A DNA stretch of 64,000 bases from a virus (taxonomy: Duplodnaviria > Caudoviricetes), in the IMG/VR virus record IMGVR_UViG_3300037400_001189, positions 1 through 64,000 of that record. The stretch is one strand, 5' to 3'. How positions within the stretch are numbered: the stretch's first letter is position 1; each line of letters begins with the position of its first letter. Made by a program: the position numbers and the translations under genes. Of the stretch, positions 36,597 to 44,123 are shown in pieces. The notes under the pieces were generated by a model. It was not told where the DNA came from, made no database searches, and was given only the letters and a program-made list of their open reading frames with translations.

Positions 36597-37595
36597 CTAA
36601 ATAGACGTTCGTATGCAAATGGATGCACAATGTCCATTTAAACCTACCGAATTGATGCAGGCTACGGAGTTCTTAGGAGAGGATGCCACGGTAAGAGCAG
36701 TCTCCACTGCTCCACATGCTCCCAGCATGTGTCCCAGATGCTTCTTCCAAGTGAATGTCTTAGGCTTCTCTTTAAATTCAAACATCTCGCAATGTCTCTT
36801 TACTGCTTCCATCTCTACTTCGTCTCCCATTGGAGTGCCTGTGGCATGCATGGAGAGAACGGAAGGAACGAAGTTGAAGCATGCAGTTCTCATGCATGCA
36901 AATATTTCGTCTGGAGAAGATGCAGTTCTAGACATTCCTGTATGTTCAGAGAAGCCTTCTATGATTCCATAGATGTTTCTGCCATGCTCTAGTGCATCGT
37001 AATAGTCTTCCAGAACAAGCAGTCCACAGCCTGAAGAGAGAACTGTTCCTGTCCTGTCTGGATCTAGAGGCATGCATTCATGCTTAGTGAGAAGATGCAT
37101 CTTCCTGAAGAACTCAAGAGTGTTGAGGTCTAGTGCATTTGTACCTCCCACTACTGCCATGTCTGCATAGCCATGCCTGATAGCCTTCACTCCTGCTATG
37201 ATGTTGGAAAGAGAAGTGCAGCATACGGAAGATATGCCTTGCACTGTTCCTCTGAATCTGTTTGCAAGAGCTACAGTATCTGCAACATTGGAATTAAAAG
37301 ACTTGTAGAAGTCTGATGCACGTTCTAGTTCCTTTCCATGAGTACTGATCTCTCCTATGTAGACATCAGTGTTAGGAGCAAACCATAGAGCTTCCTTTTC
37401 CTTGATGGCATCTAGAGTGTCTAGTGCCATCTTTGAAGAAGAAATGTTTCCACAGGAACCATACGGATAGGGATAGTCTTCATGCTTTCTATAGCATTTC
37501 ATTCCCTTCTCTATGAATTCCTTGGTGGATTCTAGTGAGCCAAGAGGAGTAGTCACTCCCATTCCAACGATAGCTACTGGAATATAGTGGTTCAT
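36597..37595 (-). CDS. fabF: Beta-ketoacyl-ACP synthase (FabF/FabB-like), compact
   Basis: VAIVGMGVTTPLG, catalytic Cys (SSVCCTS), His (MHATGTPMGD), KKHLGH, SSGCGLLVLE, NSVGLNGH. Confidence 0.85.
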   Translation of the reverse strand: MNHYIPVAIVGMGVTTPLGSLESTKEFIEKGMKCYRKHEDYPYPYGSCGNISSSKMALDTLDAIKEKEALWFAPNTDVYIGEISTHGKELERASDFYKSFNSNVADTVALANRFRGTVQGISSVCCTSLSNIIAGVKAIRHGYADMAVVGGTNALDLNTLEFFRKMHLLTKHECMPLDPDRTGTVLSSGCGLLVLEDYYDALEHGRNIYGIIEGFSEHTGMSRTASSPDEIFACMRTACFNFVPSVLSMHATGTPMGDEVEMEAVKRHCEMFEFKEKPKTFTWKKHLGHMLGACGAVETALTVASSPKNSVACINSVGLNGHCASICIRTSI

Positions 37596-37719
37596 TTAAT
37601 AGCCTCCTATAGGGGTATTTGACATAGTGTCACTATAGGGAAAATAGGGTTCAAAAAGAGATTTGTCATATAGGTTGACAGATTTTTTTACAAGATTATT
37701 TCTGAATAGAAAGCTGTAC

Positions 37720-37757
37720 AAAAAATAAGGGAGAGACTCCGAAGAGTCCCTCCCTTT
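37720..37757 (-). terminator. Terminator after the RNA polymerase gene
   Basis: Hairpin with a UUCG loop on the - strand, followed by a U tract. Confidence 0.8.
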
Positions 37758-37769
37758 GTAATTTTCCTG

Positions 37770-39494
37770 CTATTTCATGGCTGTGCCAAAGAACTGAGGC
37801 ACTTCCTCTCTGTTAACGTCACGGATAGTCTTGGTGTTGCCTATGCTGTCCATGAAGTTTCTGAGAATGGAATGCCTGTCCTTGTATATCTCGTAGAGCT
37901 TGGACGTATAGAGAATTCTGACTCTATGAGCATCGTTTGGATGAACTATGGCAGCATCATGATTGCATAGAATCCAGTTCATGTTAGCTCCTATATAGTT
38001 CATCACCTGAGAATCAAGATTGTGGACTAGCAGAGTGCAGTGGTATCTGACAAACTGCTTAACGTCTACAACCCTATCAGCTCTAGCGTACGGCTTATAA
38101 TAGCCGTTAGTAGTAGTATATATCTTGACATGCTGCTTTTCCTCTGAATCCTTGAATTTGGAGCAGTTTACAGTGAATTCCTCGTTCCATATCTTCACTT
38201 TCCTAGTCTCTGCAGGAACGCACTTGAGAATGGTATCCTTGAAGAGATTGGGAGCAAAGAATCTTCCTCCTCTCTCGAAATCCTTCTCTATGTTCTCCTC
38301 GTCTTCCTGAGTATACTCAAGATGGTGACGATCCCATAGATCTGCAGGAGAGGCAGAAGAACCATAGATTCTAGGAGTTACTGCAAACTTGACATACTTC
38401 CGAGGAAGATAGTCTACAGTCCAGTAGTCTTCTAGAACATACGGATTTATCAAGTTAGTAAGATTCATGAGATTATGGTCGTTCATGAGAACACCCATAA
38501 TCTGGACAGCAGATGCAGTAGCATCTACCTCGATAGGCACTGTCCAGTGGTCAGTGTCTTCCAGATTCTCATAGATTCTCTTGAGCCATATCTGTTCGTG
38601 AAGGTCTGCAGATTCAGGGATTTCCCTGTTCTCTGCATGAAGCTTTCCAAGCTCTATCTTCTCCTTGAGAGTTCTAGGCTTGTCTCCGAATATCTCTGCT
38701 ATAAAGAGATATACGTTCTTCAGTCCAGCAGTGGTAAGCTTCTGGACAGGACACTTCACGATAGATCTGGCTACCTTATGAGAGATGGGATTGAACACTC
38801 TATGAACGCAGTCGAATATAGCTCTTCCACGGGAATCGGAAGTGCATTCGCCTAATACATAGCGTTCATCCTTGGATGCTCCCGTATAGAGCAGAAGAGA
38901 TTCAACTATTTCGGAATATGTAGGCTTCTCTCCTTCATATCCTTCTTGAGGCTTCTGATAGTCTGCATAGACTTCCTTAGCCATCTCTTCAAGATATTCC
39001 TTGACGTACTTTACGTCATACTTGAAGGGACAGGAGCCAGACTTGGCAAAGCCAAGACGCTTGAGACCTACGTCTCTAGTAACCTTGGCTCCATGACTGT
39101 TCACAGTCCTAGTCCTGTTCCAGTGCCTAGGGAGCTTGGAAGACATCATAGTCTTTCTTATCTTGAACTCTCTAATCACTGAATTAAGCTCTTCTTCGCT
39201 TACCCACTTGAGAAGCTTTTCATAGTTGAGTTCAATGGTTCCAAACTTGCCTACAGTCTTGACCAGTATCCAGCCCGTAACGCCCAAGATCATGAAGATC
39301 TTGTTAAGATGCTTGGAATCTATGCGTTCAATCCAAGCATTGAGACTCATGGTCTTTCCATGGAAGAACTTCACAACCATGCGGTTCCAAAGTTCCTCTA
39401 TGTCTCTCTTTTCATCTTCATTTACATGAATGTATTCCCACAGCTTTGCAGGAATGTTCACGATTCCTTGAAGAATCTCTTCACGTCTAGCCAT
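37770..39494 (-). CDS. T7-superfamily RNA polymerase (N4 RNAPII equivalent) in one polypeptide
   Basis: DSRGR, motif A EVDATASAVQ, motif B RKYVKFAVTPRIYG, HNLDS, motif C NHDA. Confidence 0.9.
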   Translation of the reverse strand: MARREEILQGIVNIPAKLWEYIHVNEDEKRDIEELWNRMVVKFFHGKTMSLNAWIERIDSKHLNKIFMILGVTGWILVKTVGKFGTIELNYEKLLKWVSEEELNSVIREFKIRKTMMSSKLPRHWNRTRTVNSHGAKVTRDVGLKRLGFAKSGSCPFKYDVKYVKEYLEEMAKEVYADYQKPQEGYEGEKPTYSEIVESLLLYTGASKDERYVLGECTSDSRGRAIFDCVHRVFNPISHKVARSIVKCPVQKLTTAGLKNVYLFIAEIFGDKPRTLKEKIELGKLHAENREIPESADLHEQIWLKRIYENLEDTDHWTVPIEVDATASAVQIMGVLMNDHNLMNLTNLINPYVLEDYWTVDYLPRKYVKFAVTPRIYGSSASPADLWDRHHLEYTQEDEENIEKDFERGGRFFAPNLFKDTILKCVPAETRKVKIWNEEFTVNCSKFKDSEEKQHVKIYTTTNGYYKPYARADRVVDVKQFVRYHCTLLVHNLDSQVMNYIGANMNWILCNHDAAIVHPNDAHRVRILYTSKLYEIYKDRHSILRNFMDSIGNTKTIRDVNREEVPQFFGTAMK

Positions 39495-39538
39495 TGAATA
39501 CCTCCTAGTACTAGTCGTAGGTGATTTTCCTGAGACTT

Positions 39539-39570
39539 AAAAAACAAGGGAGAGCCGAAGCTCTCCCCTA
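39539..39570 (-). terminator. Early terminator
   Basis: gggagagc-cgaa-gctctccc (cUUCGg in the RNA) plus U tract. Confidence 0.85.
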
Positions 39571-39577
39571 TTTCTAG

Positions 39578-40105
39578 CTAATCAAAGCTCTCGCGAAGAG
39601 CCTGACGGATGTCCTCGTCAGACTCCTCTTCATCGTTTTCCAGAAGCTCACGCTTCTTTTCGACAAAGGCTTCCCAGTTCTCGTCAGTGATGTCGGCAAA
39701 GTCTTCATCGCTGTAGGACAGGCTGTAGCCATCGCAGAATGCCTTGACGATTTCAATCGTCTTGGCACAGTCGCGCTTCTTGCCTTCCACCATAGTGCCA
39801 TCGGCACTGATGAAGGGAGCAACGCCACAATACTTCCTGTACATGTCGATAAAGACAGGAGGAAGGCCAATGGCCTTGTGCACCGGAGACTTGGCATTGC
39901 GAGAGTTCACGCATTGCTTGATCATGCCAAGGACAAACTGGCAGAGTTCGTTCTGGGTGCTATAGTCAACCCAGACCTGAGAGACCTTGCGACCGAGACA
40001 AGAAAGAGCCTGAGAGCGAAGCTCGTCCATGATTGCAGCATTCTTTTCAGAAGTGGCAATAGCGGCAGAGAAGGCACCAGAGATACGGGAAGAATCGAAC
40101 GACAT
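39578..40105 (-). CDS. Early protein with an acidic C-terminus; candidate RNAPII cofactor (N4 gp2-like role)
   Basis: Own promoter hairpin, SD and terminator; biased codon use; sits directly upstream of the RNAP. Function is inferred from position only. Confidence 0.7.
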   Translation of the reverse strand: MSFDSSRISGAFSAAIATSEKNAAIMDELRSQALSCLGRKVSQVWVDYSTQNELCQFVLGMIKQCVNSRNAKSPVHKAIGLPPVFIDMYRKYCGVAPFISADGTMVEGKKRDCAKTIEIVKAFCDGYSLSYSDEDFADITDENWEAFVEKKRELLENDEEESDEDIRQALRESFD

Positions 40106-40139
40106 GGTAGTACTCCTTATGATTTTGATGGATTATTTA

Positions 40140-40153
40140 AGGACTAGTGTCCT
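40140..40153 (-). promoter_or_regulatory. Putative vRNAP hairpin promoter
   Basis: aggac-TAGT-gtcct on the template (+) strand. Confidence 0.7.
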
Positions 40154-40155
40154 CT

Positions 40156-40207
40156 AAATAAAAAAAGAAAAGGGTGGAACACGAACCATGAAGTTCATGT
40201 CCACCCT
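40156..40207 (-). terminator. Early terminator
   Basis: agggtgga...ccaccct stem plus long U tract. Confidence 0.75.
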
Positions 40208-40214
40208 AGTCTCT

Positions 40215-40457
40215 TTAGAGGAGAGCCCTAAGGCTCTCTACTGCCTTGGGATCTACAGCAGCCAGCTTCTCGCTGGCATCCTTGGCAATCTCACAGGAGA
40301 GAGCCTTTGCCTGACCTCGAAGCGAGGTTGTAACATCTGACACAGTGTCAATGGAATCAGACATCACATTGAGACACTTTTCGTAAGTGTTAGGAGAAAC
40401 CTTTTTAAGAATGAGAGCACCAAGACCAAGACCGATAACTGTACGAATCATAACCAT
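40215..40457 (-). CDS. Early protein, paralogue of 43800-44096
   Basis: N-terminal hydrophobic helix; RGQxKA...A.D...L.AV.P.A.E.LRALL shared. Confidence 0.8.
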   Translation of the reverse strand: MVMIRTVIGLGLGALILKKVSPNTYEKCLNVMSDSIDTVSDVTTSLRGQAKALSCEIAKDASEKLAAVDPKAVESLRALL

Positions 40458-40480
40458 ACTCCTTGAATTAAAGATAATTT

Positions 40481-40492
40481 GCGCTAGTGCGC
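40481..40492 (-). promoter_or_regulatory. Putative vRNAP hairpin promoter
   Basis: gcgc-TAGT-gcgc. Confidence 0.6.
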
Positions 40493-40615
40493 TATCTAAA
40501 AAAAGAAAAGGAATAGGAAGGAATCTAGACGGTAGGCCGCAAGGAAGAGAATTGAAGAGAGAGTTGGAGGAAGATAATAGGCTGGGACGGTGCAGACGTG
40601 TATAAAGTGTATTTC

Positions 40616-40650
40616 AAAAAACAAGGAGAGACCTTTCGGTCCCTCCTTGT
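40616..40650 (-). terminator. Early terminator
   Basis: acaaggag...ctccttgt stem plus U tract. Confidence 0.8.
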
Positions 40651-40663
40651 CTTCTGCACCTCC

Positions 40664-40960
40664 TTATGCAGCAATGTGAAGACGGATATAGTCAGCTAGC
40701 CATTGAGGCAGCATTGTCGTATCTCCATATCTCTTGCCATAGCCACCCTTGTAGACGGATATGAGAGGAAGATACGGATATACTAGTGCCACACGGACAG
40801 CTCCCATAGTCTTGAAGACTACGAGAAGACGTTCCTTGCCAGATTGGCTAATATCCTTGCCAATCACTGTCACTTCCTTGAAGGAAGTGTTCCCTTCAAA
40901 CATGAAGGAAACGATGCGCTGGTAAGGATCGCAGAGATGGAAACGGGAAGAAATTCTCAT
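40664..40960 (-). CDS. Early hypothetical protein (98 aa)
   Basis: Start trimmed to the ATG after AAGGAGG. Confidence 0.7.
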   Translation of the reverse strand: MRISSRFHLCDPYQRIVSFMFEGNTSFKEVTVIGKDISQSGKERLLVVFKTMGAVRVALVYPYLPLISVYKGGYGKRYGDTTMLPQWLADYIRLHIAA

Positions 40961-40971
40961 GGCAACCTCCT

Positions 40972-41193
40972 TTAGTTTAGCCACTCAATTTCGGAACTGA
41001 ATTCATGCGTACCTTGGTGCATATGCACGATGTAGGAAGGATAGCCTTCACATTCCACCAAGGCATTGAAGTAATGGCTATTGCTGTTCTGGTCATCTTC
41101 TTCAACAGTATCCTTCTGGATGTAGCTAAGAAGAGAACGGTCAGAACGAATGGCACGATGCATGATTTCGAGATAATCAGAATCAGAATACAT
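40972..41193 (-). CDS. Early hypothetical protein (73 aa, acidic)
   Basis: Start trimmed to the ATG after AGGAGG. Confidence 0.7.
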   Translation of the reverse strand: MYSDSDYLEIMHRAIRSDRSLLSYIQKDTVEEDDQNSNSHYFNALVECEGYPSYIVHMHQGTHEFSSEIEWLN

Positions 41194-41221
41194 AGCAGTA
41201 CCTCCTAATGGATTGCTATCT

Positions 41222-41268
41222 AAAAAAAGAAAAAGATGGAACACTGCTCTAGACAGCATTTCATCCTT
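41222..41268 (-). terminator. Early terminator
   Basis: Imperfect gatggaa...tttcatc stem plus U tract. Confidence 0.65.
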
Positions 41269-41276
41269 TCTCTCTC

Positions 41277-41639
41277 CTAAAGCTCCACTATATTCATGTT
41301 AAACCTAACATTCATATAGTCAGCTAGCAATCTTCTATGGCAGAACTTGCCACTTGCTTCCCAGCATAACAATAGCACATTCTGCCTACGTTCCTTAGCA
41401 ATTAGCCTTTCAGCTAAATACTTTAAAGTATTATCCTTATCCAAAAGGATATTTAAATACTTTCTAGTATATTCATTGCTATCGCCTGTAGCCTTATATC
41501 TAGTCAGCATCTCCCATGTAGGAGCCAGCCAAGTCAACTGGCAATCTGGCTTAAAATAGCTAGGAACAGTACGGCTAATGGCAATCCTGAACGTATCAGG
41601 ATACTTTACTGCCTTGGCATAGTAACTAGTGCAAATCAT
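41277..41639 (-). CDS. DUF488-family protein
   Basis: ICTSYY...IAISR...LAPTWEML...LLCWE...FCHRRLLA; start trimmed to the SD-supported ATG. Confidence 0.75.
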   Translation of the reverse strand: MICTSYYAKAVKYPDTFRIAISRTVPSYFKPDCQLTWLAPTWEMLTRYKATGDSNEYTRKYLNILLDKDNTLKYLAERLIAKERRQNVLLLCWEASGKFCHRRLLADYMNVRFNMNIVEL

Positions 41640-41670
41640 ATCTACCTCCTTAGGCATAATTACCCTAGTT

Positions 41671-41716
41671 AAAAAAAGAAAAAATAAAGGAGCCTAGGAT
41701 TTCTCCTAGACTCCTT
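41671..41716 (-). terminator. Early terminator
   Basis: aaggag-ctagga/tcctag-ctcctt stem plus U tract. Confidence 0.8.
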
Positions 41717-41723
41717 CATCTAT

Positions 41724-42008
41724 TTAGTCCTCGAAGTAGTGGTATTCCGCATCGTCAATAGCCTTTTGAGCTATTTCAGACCATGTGTGAATCTTATAGT
41801 TGCATTCGAAAGCCCACTGAATAGCGTTATACGACTCCTCTTCAGAGAGGTAGAACTTATAGCTCTGCTGAGAGTAGTCGTACCACCTCACCACGATCTC
41901 CAGATATTCTGGATACTCGTAGATATCCAGATCCATGACCTGTGCATGCTCGTCTGCATCCTGAAGGGACATGAGAATGCTCTTGAAATTGTGGTAGCTA
42001 ATCGACAT
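41724..42008 (-). CDS. Early acidic, Tyr-rich protein
   Basis: Own cassette; AAGGAG SD. Confidence 0.75.
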   Translation of the reverse strand: MSISYHNFKSILMSLQDADEHAQVMDLDIYEYPEYLEIVVRWYDYSQQSYKFYLSEEESYNAIQWAFECNYKIHTWSEIAQKAIDDAEYHYFED

Positions 42009-42036
42009 GGCTAATCTCCTTGGATTTAGATTGTCA

Positions 42037-42050
42037 GAGGCTAATGCCTC
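42037..42050 (-). promoter_or_regulatory. Putative vRNAP hairpin promoter
   Basis: gaggc-TAAT-gcctc. Confidence 0.7.
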
Positions 42051-42052
42051 CT

Positions 42053-42085
42053 AAATAAAAAAATAAAGGGAGCCGTTAGGCTCCC
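42053..42085 (-). terminator. Early terminator
   Basis: gggagcc-gtta-ggctccc plus U tract. Confidence 0.8.
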
Positions 42086-42092
42086 AGTATTG

Positions 42093-42242
42093 CTAAGACT
42101 GATAGGGCATAGGCCCAATGGATTCTCCCATGTCTTCCTCTGTACCATTAGGCATAAAGGATTCCATCATTTCCATTTCTTCTTCTCTCTGAATGAGCAT
42201 TTCAATCTGCTCTTCAGACAGGCTGTCAATAGTGCATCCCAT
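42093..42242 (-). CDS. Small acidic early protein (49 aa, MGCTIDSLSEEQ...)
   Basis: Translated by hand; AAGGAG SD. Confidence 0.6.
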   Translation of the reverse strand: MGCTIDSLSEEQIEMLIQREEEMEMMESFMPNGTEEDMGESIGPMPYQS

Positions 42243-42262
42243 TGCTAGTCTCCTTGAATTTT

Positions 42263-42285
42263 AAAGGAGGAGCCGAAGCTCCTCC
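42263..42285 (-). terminator. Hairpin with a short U run (weak terminator)
   Basis: ggaggagc-cgaa-gctcctcc. Confidence 0.6.
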
Positions 42286-42292
42286 CATTCTG

Positions 42293-42475
42293 CTAGAAGT
42301 CAGGACAGTAGTCTTCGTAGTTGTACAAAGCACTATCACCGAATGAAGAATCTATATCTTCATACAGATCTCCATTCATAATTGCCTCTATAGCTCTCTT
42401 TGAGTTCTCTTCAACAGTGAGTTCATCGCTGTAGTCGAGTTCAAAGCCAAGTGCCATAAGAGTAGCAGTATCCAT
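42293..42475 (-). CDS. Small, highly acidic early protein
   Basis: AGGAGG SD; rich in D/E/Y. Confidence 0.75.
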   Translation of the reverse strand: MDTATLMALGFELDYSDELTVEENSKRAIEAIMNGDLYEDIDSSFGDSALYNYEDYCPDF

Positions 42476-42500
42476 AATTTCCTCCTAGGGATTTAAGGAC

Positions 42501-42516
42501 TAGGCATAATTGCCTA
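42501..42516 (-). promoter_or_regulatory. Putative vRNAP hairpin promoter
   Basis: taggca-TAAT-tgccta. Confidence 0.75.
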
Positions 42517-42519
42517 TAT

Positions 42520-42552
42520 AATAAAAGAAAAAGGAGGAGCGTTAGCTCCTCC
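42520..42552 (-). terminator. Early terminator
   Basis: ggaggagc-gtta-gctcctcc plus U tract. Confidence 0.8.
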
Positions 42553-42561
42553 AATTCTTCT

Positions 42562-42864
42562 TTAGCTGTTTTCTATCTGCCTCATTCTCTTTTCGAGAAT
42601 AGATGCAGCTTCTAGAACAGCTCTTGCTGCTGAATCAGTCATTTCTCCCTGTTTTTCAATTAAAGAGAAATACATCTCTTCAATTTCAAAGTAGGAGAGA
42701 ACCTTATGGTACTTTCTGTACCATAAAGATTCTTCTTCAGTATTCTGTTCTCCATTCCATTCATGATCTAATGAATAGATGGAGACTTCATAAGCAAGAT
42801 TCTGGATTTCTGGATTTTCAGATACTCCTGAAATCATGCTTGCGATTCTGAATACTTCTGTCAT
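42562..42864 (-). CDS. Early hypothetical protein
   Basis: Own cassette; AGGAGG SD. Confidence 0.75.
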   Translation of the reverse strand: MTEVFRIASMISGVSENPEIQNLAYEVSIYSLDHEWNGEQNTEEESLWYRKYHKVLSYFEIEEMYFSLIEKQGEMTDSAARAVLEAASILEKRMRQIENS

Positions 42865-42890
42865 TTTCTAATCCTCCTTTGGATTGATAA

Positions 42891-42904
42891 AGGCATAACT
42901 GCCT
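42891..42904 (-). promoter_or_regulatory. Putative vRNAP hairpin promoter
   Basis: aggca-TAAC-tgcct. Confidence 0.7.
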
Positions 42905-43131
42905 GCATAATAAAATAAATACTTGACATTGGGACTAGGGAAGACATAGGTATGGAATGTCAGGAAAATGACAGGGAAATTTGAGTAGTGATGTACTCAT
43001 GTACTACTGTACATATATCTTATACATGAGAATGATGTGCCAATGCACTTAGTACTTAAGTGCTAGTAATAGTGCTAGTAAAGTACTAGTGGAAGTGTCT
43101 AATGTGTATAACATGTGTCTAACCTCTCGAC

Positions 43132-43168
43132 AAAAAATAAGGAGGCAGGAGCCTAAGCTCCCACCTCC
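43132..43168 (-). terminator. Early terminator
   Basis: ggagg-ca-ggagc-ctaa-gctcc-ca-cctcc plus U tract. Confidence 0.8.
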
Positions 43169-43173
43169 AGATA

Positions 43174-43410
43174 CTACAGCAAACCGTAGTCGCCTTCGAG
43201 GACATCCTCGATTGAACGACAAGTCTTCTTGTCCCTACGGCGCATAGCCGTATCGAATTCAGCTTCCGAGTAGTTGGTGTGCAGGATATCCACAGTCCTC
43301 TCCTGCCAGTAGGCGAAGATGGACCACATGTGGATCTGATCGTCCCTGTTCATAAGAGCAAGGTCAATATTCCTGTAACCGTAGTACTCGAACATATCGT
43401 TGATAGACAT
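43174..43410 (-). CDS. Early hypothetical protein
   Basis: Own cassette; AGGAGG SD. Confidence 0.75.
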   Translation of the reverse strand: MSINDMFEYYGYRNIDLALMNRDDQIHMWSIFAYWQERTVDILHTNYSEAEFDTAMRRRDKKTCRSIEDVLEGDYGLL

Positions 43411-43436
43411 AACAGCCTCCTATGGCTTTAATTGTC

Positions 43437-43452
43437 AGGACATAATTGTCCT
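43437..43452 (-). promoter_or_regulatory. Putative vRNAP hairpin promoter
   Basis: aggaca-TAAT-tgtcct. Confidence 0.75.
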
Positions 43453-43456
43453 ATCT

Positions 43457-43498
43457 AAAAAAAGAAAAGGTCCACACCTCCGAAGAGATGCAGACCTT
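43457..43498 (-). terminator. Early terminator
   Basis: aaggtc...ctc-cgaa-gag...gacctt plus U tract. Confidence 0.75.
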
Positions 43499-43506
43499 GT
43501 TGATGT

Positions 43507-43731
43507 TTAGAAGGGAAGCTCCATGACTTCTAAGCCATAGAACTGGAGCACAATAACCTGAGATGCAGTGCCTTGGAAGCACCAGTCACCGTCTTCACGG
43601 TCCCAGAGCTTCCAGCCACAGCGATACTGCAGGTTGGAGTACCGAATGTTCCTGCCTTGTGACAGCGTAGCCATGACCTCATCCATAAGGTCACGGTCGT
43701 TACATTCGAAGTAAACGAACTCTTCGCTCAT
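43507..43731 (-). CDS. Early hypothetical protein (74 aa)
   Basis: Start trimmed to the ATG after AAGGAGG. Confidence 0.7.
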   Translation of the reverse strand: MSEEFVYFECNDRDLMDEVMATLSQGRNIRYSNLQYRCGWKLWDREDGDWCFQGTASQVIVLQFYGLEVMELPF

Positions 43732-43748
43732 GTTGTCCTCCTTTGGAC

Positions 43749-43785
43749 AAAAACTGACCTGCATCCCCGAAGGGACACAGGTCAG
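43749..43785 (-). terminator. Early terminator
   Basis: ctgacctg...tccc-cgaa-ggga...caggtcag plus U tract. Confidence 0.8.
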
Positions 43786-43799
43786 GAAGGGAGCAACGG

Positions 43800-44096
43800 T
43801 TACGGACGGCGAACTGCACGGCGAGATGCAGGACGCACAGGCTGCTGAGGCTGCTGTCCATCGAGCAGAGCACGGAGCTCTTCGATAGCAGCAGGGTTCA
43901 CTGCCTGCAGACGCTGGGTAGCATCCGCAGCAGCCTCGGAAGTGTAAGCCTTCACCTGACCACGGACAGCCGTGGTGAGGTCAGCAGCGGAGTCGATGAT
44001 GTCGGTAGCAGCCTGCACTGCCTGCTCGTATGCACGAGGGCAAGCACGCTTTGCGACAAAGCCAGCGACAGCGAGACCGATGATGGTCTTAAACAT
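43800..44096 (-). CDS. First early gene; Ala-rich protein with an N-terminal hydrophobic helix
   Basis: AGGAGG SD; GC-rich, biased codons; paralogue of 40215-40457. Confidence 0.8.
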   Translation of the reverse strand: MFKTIIGLAVAGFVAKRACPRAYEQAVQAATDIIDSAADLTTAVRGQVKAYTSEAAADATQRLQAVNPAAIEELRALLDGQQPQQPVRPASRRAVRRP

Positions 44097-44123
44097 GGTA
44101 TACCTCCTACGGTATATTTTGTT

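Noticed and set aside
37671-37680. TAGGTTGACA decamer shared with 61684-61693
   Set aside because: Only two copies, in opposite orientation relative to the genes they would drive; too weak to call a motif
40498-40615. Purine-rich gap in the early array as an ORF or ncRNA
   Set aside because: No SD-supported ORF and no convincing fold beyond a short ggtgcaga/tctgcacc pair; possibly a decayed cassette
42923-42956. TTGACA as a sigma70 promoter on the + strand
   Set aside because: No acceptable -10 at 16-18 nt spacing, and it points antisense to the early genes
40664-43764. Longest-ORF starts for 40664-40984, 40972-41259, 41277-41657 and 43507-43764
   Set aside because: The extensions run through terminators, promoter hairpins or SD sequences; internal ATGs with AGGAGG were used
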